Source: an uncultured virus (IMG/VR IMGVR_UViG_2786546795_000004) (lineage: Duplodnaviria > Heunggongvirae > Uroviricota > Caudoviricetes). Taken from it: DNA of 20,000 nt. A program made the position numbers and the translations under genes. The notes beneath the pieces are model-generated. The model was not told the DNA's origin, made no database searches, and saw nothing but the letters and a program-made list of their open reading frames with translations. Shown here piece by piece: positions 1 through 8,236 of the stretch (position 1 is the stretch's first letter; every line of letters starts with the position of its first letter). The DNA lies in the IMG/VR virus record IMGVR_UViG_2786546795_000004. One strand, 5' to 3'.

Positions 1-1
1 A

Positions 2-307
2 CCTATTCCTCCTTGCTTAGAGAAGGCAATACACCAAGATAACCCCAAGCACGATGTTAGGATAGCCTTAACTTTACATCTAGCGGATAATTTGCGTTGG
101 TTTGCTCACCCTTCCACACTAACACCCGAACAGAGGCAGCAATCTATAGATACCATAGTAGCGTTTATGTCTAACTTAGGTTGGAGGGACTACAACGAAC
201 ACACAACCCGTTTCCATGTTGAAAGCATCATAGACTATGAACACACGCCTACTAAGTGTGTAGTAGATGCAGGTCCATGTTGGGCACACGATGGAGTAAA
301 GAGGTAA
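2..307 (+). CDS. priL: Archaeo-eukaryotic primase large subunit C-terminal domain (5'-truncated by the window edge)
   Basis: Frame 2 is open from base 2: PIPPCLEKAIHQDNPKHDVRIALTLHL...WRDYNEHTTRFHVESIIDYEHTPTKC...GPCW. This matches the PriL-CTD pattern PPC...HxxR...D(F/Y)xExxT..(Y/F)xV..I...YxP..C. The track start at 92 is internal. Confidence 0.72.
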   Translation, partial: PIPPCLEKAIHQDNPKHDVRIALTLHLADNLRWFAHPSTLTPEQRQQSIDTIVAFMSNLGWRDYNEHTTRFHVESIIDYEHTPTKCVVDAGPCWAHDGVKR

Positions 308-312
308 TAATT

Positions 313-477
313 ATGATGCTAAAAGAAGAACAAATCAAAGAAATGCAAGAACATGGTAAGTGCGTAACTTGTAAAGGTGAGTGGTCACTTTCTACAAAGA
401 TAGAAAAATACTGCGAGTCTTGTAAGACGCATATAATTTTCATCGAAGATGAGGTTTACTACGACAGGGGCTGGTAA
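313..477 (+). CDS. Small Zn-ribbon protein (54 aa)
   Basis: ATG at 313 follows RBS-like GAGGT (301-305). The protein has CVTC...CESC pairs. Same frame as track ORF 256..477. Confidence 0.7.
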   Translation: MMLKEEQIKEMQEHGKCVTCKGEWSLSTKIEKYCESCKTHIIFIEDEVYYDRGW

Positions 478-607
478 GATACAAAAACAAATCTGCCCTA
501 TGTGTAGAAGCGACAGGGGCTTCATGGAACTACATGGTTCTATGGTTTGTCTTAACTGTAAAAATAAAATAGCGAGTTGCTGCGGTGACGAGGGCTGTTT
601 CTTCTAA
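449..607 (+). CDS. Small Cys-rich Zn-finger microprotein (52 aa), absent from the ORF track
   Basis: Manual translation: MRFTTTGAGKIQKQICPMCRSDRGFMELHGSMVCLNCKNKIASCCGDEGCFF*. It has CPxC, CxxC and CC motifs and fills the gap between neighbouring genes. Confidence 0.7.
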   Translation: MRFTTTGAGKIQKQICPMCRSDRGFMELHGSMVCLNCKNKIASCCGDEGCFF

Positions 608-618
608 CTCTTTATCAA
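605..618 (+). promoter_or_regulatory. Archaeal TATA-like promoter for the ERCC4 nuclease (leaderless)
   Basis: TAACTC-TTTATCAA, with the box at 611-618, i.e. -30..-23 from ATG 641. The same motif occurs at 16547-16556 and 11952-11960. Confidence 0.55.
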
Positions 619-640
619 CCCTTCGTGCTATCATTAGGTC

Positions 641-1336
641 ATGCTCTTAGTAGATGACCGCGAAAACCCTAAAGTAGTTAATAAGTTGTTAATGAGAATG
701 GGTAGTGATAAGGTAAATGTATGTCGGATGAAATCATCCGACTATACTATGGGTGAGTGGGGTATAGAGGCCAAAGAGATAAACGACCTATACAGGTCTA
801 TCATGGGCTTCGGACGCACACGCACTATTGTAGACCAACTAAGAGACTTACAGGACTCTTGTGAGCATCCATTCTTAGTTGTGTACGGTACTCAACTAAA
901 ACCGTATGTTCATAATGGTAGACCAAGCGCTAGGTCGTTAGCCGTAGAGATGGCGAGAATGAAAAAGGTAATACAACAATTCAAAGCCACATTCTATCAA
1001 AGATTCCCTAAAATTAAATATATGGAAGTTACTACTATGGATGAGTTCGTAGAATGGCTTGTTGTGAATCATACACAGCAGGGGCTGGCTCTACATCGCC
1101 TCGCTACGGAGGAGAAAAATGCCGTAAAAAAATCTAAGTTAGATTCACGAATCCAAATCCTTTCTTCCATAGAAGGAATAACTACAACACAAGCCGAAGA
1201 TTTATTAAACGAGTTTGAAAGCATACCAAACATTCTTAGGAAGGGAACTACACAGAAATCTCTTATGCAGGTTAGTGGTATCACTAGACGAAAGGCGCGA
1301 GCAATTCTTGCTCTTAGAGAAGATTACGAGTTGTAA
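641..1336 (+). CDS. XPF/ERCC4-family structure-specific nuclease with C-terminal tandem HhH
   Basis: LVDDRE, SDY and IEAKEINDLYRSI match the ERCC4 motifs VDxRE / GDY / ERKxxxDL. HhH-like SIEGITTTQAEDLL and QVSGITRRKARAI are present. Confidence 0.85.
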   Translation: MLLVDDRENPKVVNKLLMRMGSDKVNVCRMKSSDYTMGEWGIEAKEINDLYRSIMGFGRTRTIVDQLRDLQDSCEHPFLVVYGTQLKPYVHNGRPSARSLAVEMARMKKVIQQFKATFYQRFPKIKYMEVTTMDEFVEWLVVNHTQQGLALHRLATEEKNAVKKSKLDSRIQILSSIEGITTTQAEDLLNEFESIPNILRKGTTQKSLMQVSGITRRKARAILALREDYEL

Positions 1337-4300
1337 GAAAACTTGTTAGACGACGAAGATGTGTGGGCTGACGCTCTCCTCATCTTTACATCAAGGTTAT
1401 GTAGTGTAATGCTTGTTGTGTTTGCATCATCATCACCAATTCCGGGTTTTCTTGTTACGGTAACTTTAATTTTCCTGCCCGATTTTCTTAATCCTTTAAT
1501 TGCTTTGTTGGATAAAAGATTAATTATCTGATTTCGTATTCCGCTTTTTATTTTAACAGTATTTGTAACTGTTTCGCCAGTTTCTTCTACTACAACTGTA
1601 ACATATAAAACTGCATCGGTATAGTTCGCTACTTTAGGACTATGCGTTACATATGCTTGTATGGTCATTCTATTATTTAGTATATCTTGAGGGACAACAA
1701 AGGATGTTTCTATACTAACCTCTTGGGAAGCAGCAGATGCTTCGCCCCCCATCAATGCTTTACCACCAAATACATAACCGTCTGCGGTTACTGACGCGGT
1801 TCCGCTTACGGCTCGTATGTCTATATCCATACCTTCTAAACTCCTCATAGTAGATGGTGTAGAGGTAATCTTATTCTGACCTAAAACAGAGAAACGTGAA
1901 TCACCCGAAAGATTATCGTTTGGTAGATTCATTCTACTGCTACTAAGTGGAGTTCTTGATGTTTTAGAGGCGGAATAGGACTGTCCTGTCGAGTCCTTTG
2001 TTCCTCCTTCGGGCTTCTGCTCACTTGGGTCTGTAACAGCGTCATCTGTGTTAGGAGGTGGCGTTATGTTGTTGTCGCCATCTTCATACCCGCTATCGCT
2101 TCCACCACCGCCAATAGGGGAACCTCTCTGTCGTTGCCCACTACCTTTAGGGAAAAGATACCCTATCAAGCCCGCTGCCGCAATAGACTCATCTCTTTCT
2201 AAGGTAAGACTAACTTCTTCTGTTTTACCAGCAGCAACCTTCCATAAAACGTCCTGTATTACCATAGACTCCGAACTTAGTTGTAGACCAGCATCTGTTA
2301 CGCTTGCATATGTTGCTGGTACATAAGATAAATCACGACAGATATGAATGCGTGGTGCATACCAAAGAACTCTCCCATTACGGAAGCCTCCACCCATCTC
2401 AGTATAGACCCTCTTACCCAATGGGAAGATAGTATCTGTGTTAGTCCCTACTTGCGCTAAAATGTTTGCGTTTGTTGGGTCGCCACACCTGTGTCTTAGA
2501 AGGGCACGGCAGTATTCTGCGTTAAAGGAAAAAACTATTTTAGCGTTTGCTACTGCGCCATAATTTGATGGGAATGCTATTTCGTAATACCCACTATGTT
2601 TTACATCTTTTGTAACAATACTACCACTAATAGTTTCACTTCTTGCCTTACCACTAAAAGAATAATCAGCGACAGAAATTGTAAACTCTGCGTTGTCTAT
2701 ATCTGTTCCGCTTTGCCCACTCTTTAAGTCTACCCATATTCTCATAGGCTGGCTGGTAGCATCGCTAACAACAGGGGTCTTATTTGGTATGTGAACTATC
2801 TGAACTGCCTTAGAAATAGAGTTACTTCCATACCAATAGTAGTTATGTGCCCACTCCACATCTCCTGCTGCGTTAGTGTTCCTAGAAGAACCGTATCTGT
2901 CTTGTAGAGGGTCTGTATCTATATTCATATTACCGTCAAGAGCATTTACCATGCCCGGAAATAAAACGCCCCCTGTGCCTAAAAGAGTCCAGTTGCATAC
3001 ATTAGCGACTGTATCGTTAGTTCCCCACAAAGCAATATATGGGTCAGCGATATATCCGTAACGCCCACTCTCTATCATTTTGTATTCTACATCTGATTCA
3101 AGTATAGGAGTAACGGATAAACTAAGCGGTGAGTTTTGTCGCTGATTGTATTCCTGTTTTGCTACAAGCAAGGCTTCTTCGCTTGATGTTATGGCATTGT
3201 GTGTTAGTATATTCCAACGTGTAGAATCGTCTAAATTAACAGAAGGCCAATCAACAAAGGAATTACCGTTATTGTAATACACACGAACATTTGTTATCTG
3301 ACCAGTTAAATCAGAAATCATTTGGCTTACTCTAATGTTGTCTCTGTTTAACACTAATCCGGAATTAAACTTGGGTCTAAACTCAAACCTGTTATCCCTA
3401 CCTATGAGATAAGAAAAGGATGTAAAGAGTCCGTTAGTAGAACCATGCCCTGCTAATTCTTGTAGTTTTGCTATAGCGCTTCCTAAAGTAACTCCTCTAA
3501 TATCAAGAACCGAACCGAATGAGTCATTACTCGTAGTGTCGTTATAGGTAGTCATCATATTTGTAATAGGAACATTGTTTATATCAAAGATAGAATTAAC
3601 TCTTGCTGACGGCAACCAAGAGTCCATGATTGCCGCATTCCAAATCATACGAATCTTATCACTTTCAGAGAATGTTCCGCCGTTTTTACTTTTGTAAAAC
3701 CCATCCATGTGCATCATTAATCTTAGCATAAAATTAGAGTAAACAGTAGAATGAACTTCGTATGCTATTGGTGTGTCTTCGTCTCCCGGCGTAGTTCCAA
3801 GATTAAAGGAAACGCCTAAATCAGCCCACTCAATAGATTCTGCTTCGTATAATTCGTATATCATAGTTTCGGTATTTTCGGGGTCCGCCGATATTGAGTC
3901 TTCTATAGAACTTGCATCTATCACATATATTGAGCCTAACTGAACTGGTATTTTGTAGGTATCAGTAGTAGCCCAATTACCATCGCTTACAACTGTTAAC
4001 TCTGTTTCTGATAAAACCCTTACGATATTATGATAGGTTATAGTTCCTCCACTATTAGTTCTTTCTATAATCATACCTCCTGTTACGCCGTTAGTATCGT
4101 GGGTATTGTTTAAGCATTGAATCGTCACAACTGTTTCTCCGGTTGCGGAATCTGCACCCTCTGCGGAAACAGCATCTATAGTAGCATCCGAAGAACCAGC
4201 GCTAACTTCCTCAGTCTCAACTTTTCCTTCCCACTTAAAATATGCTAAATCATTTCCTCCTTCATTTCTGTTTTGTGAATAAACTGTTATGAGTTTACCA

Positions 4301-7300
4301 ACACCGCTTGTATCGAATATAGAAGCATCGTGAACAGGCAAACCTTTGTAACCATCTATAAACCCAAGAGAAGCAACAGTAACATCGGAAATTAAGAAGT
4401 TTTGATTCTCATGTTGTCTTGCTACTGTTCCGGTATTTTGATAAGAAGCAATAGCCTCAGTCCAATAGTTATCAATAAGGGTTGGGTGTCCCGACCTTTC
4501 TTCGACTATGTAGTCTGTTAAGTCTGTTCGACCACCAGCAAATTGCCCAGTTTTTCCTCCATTTATGTGAGTATTAAGATTGAAGAATCTTGCCGCGTCT
4601 ATTACTAAGAAAGAACCTGCTTTATCTTCCCAATCTTGATAATGTGAAAAGTTATCTTCGCTACCAGTAACGGGATATGCTCTTGCTGTGTTAGCAAGGT
4701 TTTGTGTAGCACTAGCAAATGTAGTTGATGTGGTTATAGCGGTGCTTGTTTTGCTACTAATAGTATGCAGTCCATCGTGTGACGCAGTTCCTGTGAGATA
4801 TACATAGTCACCGTAATTAAGACCGCTTGTTGTATCTGAGCCACTTAATGTTACCCTCAAACTACCGCTGTTTGAATCTAGTGTTATAGCAGATGTAGTG
4901 GGTTTAGTGTAATCAACTGGTTTTGAAAACGCACCACCAGTAAAGGGGTCAGAAGTAGAATCAACATTCCACACATCTAGGTCTTCTCCAACATTAAGAT
5001 TACCGAACTTATCTATGTTACCATTTTCATCTACTTGGTCTGTGAAGTAAAGGTCAAAATTATAGTTATCATTTAATGGATATTGTAAACCGAAATCCAC
5101 CTTTCTCTCAGACCCGTCTGCATTTGCGTCACCACTATTTCTCATATCAGACCAAAGTAACCACAAGTGTTTGTAATCATCTTCAAAGTCTTCAAACTTA
5201 AGAAACACGCGCCTATCTATCCCACCCTCAGAATACCGGCTGGATGCGTTTATAGCATAGGTTCCATTGATATGTCTTACACCCACTAAATACCACTTTC
5301 CACCTACAGTAACTTTACCCTCATAAATGAACTTCTCTTTGAATGTTGATGCTCTTTTGTATAGCATAGATGAATCCTGCGTTACCCATATTTCAGCAAC
5401 GCCAGCATTAGGTGCTACATCAAAGGCGCTTTCTTCAACCTCAAGTATTGTGGTAGTAGGTGAAAGAGTTTGGCTCGCCATCACCCTACAATGTCTGCTG
5501 GGTGAACTTGTACCAGTTCCCGATAATGCGCCTGTTTGACCGTAAGGTGGCGGTTCATCTTTAGGGTCTTTATTTATCTTCCCAAAATGATATCTAAACC
5601 ATAAAGAGAGAGGAAGGTCCCTCATCCATTGTGCGTGTATTGCTCTGTTTTTAATGTTAGTTAAATTAGCATCCATAACATTACTCACTATACCTGTATC
5701 TTTAGACCATGAAAACCTATTTGTGCTTGATAAAAGCGTGTCCGAATCAGCATCAGAGTTGGCTGCATATACTCCATGACTTTCAGACCCGGAATAATCT
5801 GTTAGTGTTCTAACTACCCATAAATAACTAACTGTTGAATTAAGAGTAGATTCACCATAGGTCCCACCAAAGTAATTTCTTATTTTCTTAATGTATACTA
5901 CTCTGTGTTTTTGATTATAACTTGATGTTAGATTTACGCTATTAGCATCATTTCTTCTATTGATATAGAATGTGTCTCCGCTTTTTAATGACGGGTCAGC
6001 ATCGAAATAAACATATAATTTGTGTAGATATTGAGTACCCCAATCATCAGTTGAGGGGTGGTCGTCATTCCAAGTTACCCAGTCTCTATGTCTCTGCCCA
6101 GCCGCCGTAGTATTGTAATAATCAATTCTTTCTGATTCTCTTAGAATAGGATATTTACCCATATAGACAATCTTAGATGCTTCGGGACTGTATGCTAGGG
6201 TCCCAGCAGAAAACTCAATATCAGCACCACTTACAGCACTCGGTGTTTTACTTGAGGCTGTGTGATTTGAACTTACTATGTTAACTCCACCGGAAGGTGA
6301 AGATGTAGTGATAGTATGTGATGAGTCTTTCATTATCATAATAGTTTCTGTTGAACTAGCCTTTTGAACGAAGCCGTCTATAGGATAGCCTTCATAACTG
6401 TCTTCTGTGTTATTGGGGCCATACACATCTTCGTTGTTATACATTTGGATAGGGTGTCCCGACCCTAATTGTGTTCTTTGGTTTGATGTTTCCTCGTATG
6501 AACTATCAGAATCAAACCCGATGTTACCGTCAAGAAGTGTTAGTTTATCTGCCCCAAGATACATAGCATTACGGAAACCCTGTGCATCATACGACCAATA
6601 ATTTGTAGAGGACTCAGAAGTATTTTCCCCGTTTTGTCCTATATCCCATAGGGGCATTTGTCTATCAAGATAGCCCATAGAATCATACGCCGAGAATCTT
6701 AATTGTCTTGACCTTTCTTTTTCTGAGATATTAAATAAAGATATCTCACCTCTCCATACGGGCCTGTCTATTCTCTTAGTAGTATCTGCGAATATCAACA
6801 AGTTCCAGTCAAGAGGCGCAGTAGCAATAAAAAGGTTTCTCAAATTAAGAATATAATCTGTAGATGCTGCACCACGCGCACTACCAGTTAGTTTTGGGTC
6901 GTCTGCTACAGTAACATCACAAGAAGATATACCGTTATTAGTTTGTTTTACATTCATATTAATTATCTGAACTTCATCAGCAGTATTAAATCTGTTCAAA
7001 TCATCAGTAAGGTATCTTACAACACCTACGCGGTCAAGCATTAAATATGAAATAAATCCTACAGTACCGCTACTTCCTTCGTTGGTAACAGTAAGTTGAT
7101 AACCATAAAGGTTTGCGGCGGTTGTAGCAGAACCGCCCGACATAGTTTGGTTGGTAGCATGAGATGTTCCATTCACCCATACATCGAATTGGTTGTTAGT
7201 ATAGTCAAACACAAAATCAACATCAAGCCAAGCATCGTCTATCGCAACCTGTGGTGTGTTATAACTACCACCACCTAAGTATGCTTGTGTGTCGTAACTT

Positions 7301-8232
7301 ATTGCATTAAGGTCAAGGGTATAATCTATTGCTGGTGTACCAGTATATCCGGTATCGTTAAGAAGGCCCGCTTGAGTATTAGCAAAACCAATTTCAAACT
7401 TAATACCAACATCAGCCCAAGCGCCTGTTGTTATACCACTCTGTAGGGCTACTCTTGCAGTAAAAACATCACCATCTAGTCTTGTGTTTAGTGCGCCATC
7501 ATAAATTATACTTGGGGTCGTAGCCGAGTTTGTGTCTGCCTTCCTTGATGCCTGTATGCAAAGAAAGGGTTGTTTTGAAGGTGAATGTATCTCTTGATTT
7601 ATATTTGATGGAGTAGTAGTCGTATGGTCTTGTTGAAGAACCTCACCCATCCAAACACCAGTAAGATGCGCTCGTTGCACGAAATCCCCAGTTGTTGAAT
7701 GTAGGCCAGCGTTATCAGCGTTATAGTTAGTATTATCGTAATCTTTCATATCGCTATGACCAAAGGTAGCATCGTTATCTCCAACAGGAACTATATAGGA
7801 AGCGTTACTATTGTGTCCGTTAATAAATCTCTGATAAAATGCACTACCATAATTTGAATCATTGTCGAACTTGTAGCGATTGGCTACATGACCATCGGGA
7901 TATTGTAGTTGTGCCCTACCTTCCCATTCATCGCGTGATAAGCGCGTGTTATCAAAGGTAAGCCACTCAAATATACCGTTGTTTTGTAAATACTGATTAG
8001 CGCTTGTAGTTATTTTCTTTGCTGAATCTAATGTTCTTTCTTCAACGGAAAATCTAAAGCGTGGATTAATAAATGCTTCACCGTTCATCGGATTACCAAA
8101 ATGGCTTTTAATTGCAGAATAGGATGTGTCTGTCGGTCTGTTTTCGTCGTCGGGTATGGCTCTCGCCCCGTTGAAGTCATCGTAGTAGCCAGCAAGCCAC
8201 ACTTGATATTTCTTTTCTACGGTTCTTACCAT
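1324..8232 (-). CDS. Giant tail-tip / hub (Tal-like) virion protein, 2302 aa
   Basis: Directly downstream of the tape measure gene, with RBS AGGTGA. Beta-rich S/T/G/D/N composition. Hub-like segments: VWRGEI...LRFSAYDSMGYL, RFEFRP...ITNVRVYY, EEALLVAKQEY, MVIQDV...VSLTLE. LamG-like segment WLDVDFVFDYTNNQFDVWVNG. Confidence 0.7.
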   Translation of the reverse strand: MVRTVEKKYQVWLAGYYDDFNGARAIPDDENRPTDTSYSAIKSHFGNPMNGEAFINPRFRFSVEERTLDSAKKITTSANQYLQNNGIFEWLTFDNTRLSRDEWEGRAQLQYPDGHVANRYKFDNDSNYGSAFYQRFINGHNSNASYIVPVGDNDATFGHSDMKDYDNTNYNADNAGLHSTTGDFVQRAHLTGVWMGEVLQQDHTTTTPSNINQEIHSPSKQPFLCIQASRKADTNSATTPSIIYDGALNTRLDGDVFTARVALQSGITTGAWADVGIKFEIGFANTQAGLLNDTGYTGTPAIDYTLDLNAISYDTQAYLGGGSYNTPQVAIDDAWLDVDFVFDYTNNQFDVWVNGTSHATNQTMSGGSATTAANLYGYQLTVTNEGSSGTVGFISYLMLDRVGVVRYLTDDLNRFNTADEVQIINMNVKQTNNGISSCDVTVADDPKLTGSARGAASTDYILNLRNLFIATAPLDWNLLIFADTTKRIDRPVWRGEISLFNISEKERSRQLRFSAYDSMGYLDRQMPLWDIGQNGENTSESSTNYWSYDAQGFRNAMYLGADKLTLLDGNIGFDSDSSYEETSNQRTQLGSGHPIQMYNNEDVYGPNNTEDSYEGYPIDGFVQKASSTETIMIMKDSSHTITTSSPSGGVNIVSSNHTASSKTPSAVSGADIEFSAGTLAYSPEASKIVYMGKYPILRESERIDYYNTTAAGQRHRDWVTWNDDHPSTDDWGTQYLHKLYVYFDADPSLKSGDTFYINRRNDANSVNLTSSYNQKHRVVYIKKIRNYFGGTYGESTLNSTVSYLWVVRTLTDYSGSESHGVYAANSDADSDTLLSSTNRFSWSKDTGIVSNVMDANLTNIKNRAIHAQWMRDLPLSLWFRYHFGKINKDPKDEPPPYGQTGALSGTGTSSPSRHCRVMASQTLSPTTTILEVEESAFDVAPNAGVAEIWVTQDSSMLYKRASTFKEKFIYEGKVTVGGKWYLVGVRHINGTYAINASSRYSEGGIDRRVFLKFEDFEDDYKHLWLLWSDMRNSGDANADGSERKVDFGLQYPLNDNYNFDLYFTDQVDENGNIDKFGNLNVGEDLDVWNVDSTSDPFTGGAFSKPVDYTKPTTSAITLDSNSGSLRVTLSGSDTTSGLNYGDYVYLTGTASHDGLHTISSKTSTAITTSTTFASATQNLANTARAYPVTGSEDNFSHYQDWEDKAGSFLVIDAARFFNLNTHINGGKTGQFAGGRTDLTDYIVEERSGHPTLIDNYWTEAIASYQNTGTVARQHENQNFLISDVTVASLGFIDGYKGLPVHDASIFDTSGVGKLITVYSQNRNEGGNDLAYFKWEGKVETEEVSAGSSDATIDAVSAEGADSATGETVVTIQCLNNTHDTNGVTGGMIIERTNSGGTITYHNIVRVLSETELTVVSDGNWATTDTYKIPVQLGSIYVIDASSIEDSISADPENTETMIYELYEAESIEWADLGVSFNLGTTPGDEDTPIAYEVHSTVYSNFMLRLMMHMDGFYKSKNGGTFSESDKIRMIWNAAIMDSWLPSARVNSIFDINNVPITNMMTTYNDTTSNDSFGSVLDIRGVTLGSAIAKLQELAGHGSTNGLFTSFSYLIGRDNRFEFRPKFNSGLVLNRDNIRVSQMISDLTGQITNVRVYYNNGNSFVDWPSVNLDDSTRWNILTHNAITSSEEALLVAKQEYNQRQNSPLSLSVTPILESDVEYKMIESGRYGYIADPYIALWGTNDTVANVCNWTLLGTGGVLFPGMVNALDGNMNIDTDPLQDRYGSSRNTNAAGDVEWAHNYYWYGSNSISKAVQIVHIPNKTPVVSDATSQPMRIWVDLKSGQSGTDIDNAEFTISVADYSFSGKARSETISGSIVTKDVKHSGYYEIAFPSNYGAVANAKIVFSFNAEYCRALLRHRCGDPTNANILAQVGTNTDTIFPLGKRVYTEMGGGFRNGRVLWYAPRIHICRDLSYVPATYASVTDAGLQLSSESMVIQDVLWKVAAGKTEEVSLTLERDESIAAAGLIGYLFPKGSGQRQRGSPIGGGGSDSGYEDGDNNITPPPNTDDAVTDPSEQKPEGGTKDSTGQSYSASKTSRTPLSSSRMNLPNDNLSGDSRFSVLGQNKITSTPSTMRSLEGMDIDIRAVSGTASVTADGYVFGGKALMGGEASAASQEVSIETSFVVPQDILNNRMTIQAYVTHSPKVANYTDAVLYVTVVVEETGETVTNTVKIKSGIRNQIINLLSNKAIKGLRKSGRKIKVTVTRKPGIGDDDANTTSITLHNLDVKMRRASAHTSSSSNKFSYNS

Positions 8233-8236
8233 TCAC

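Noticed and set aside
462..521. 11-bp direct repeat CGACAGGGGCT at 462-472 and 511-521
   Set aside because: Only two copies, both inside coding sequence, with no array or att-site context; plausibly chance or a relic duplication.
252..1284. Minus-strand ORFs 252..443 and 1069..1284
   Set aside because: Antisense shadows of well-supported + strand genes, with no motifs.
1324..8232. Intein or homing endonuclease as the cause of the protein's size
   Set aside because: No recognisable intein splice-junction blocks or LAGLIDADG/HNH motifs by eye; composition is that of beta-rich virion domains.
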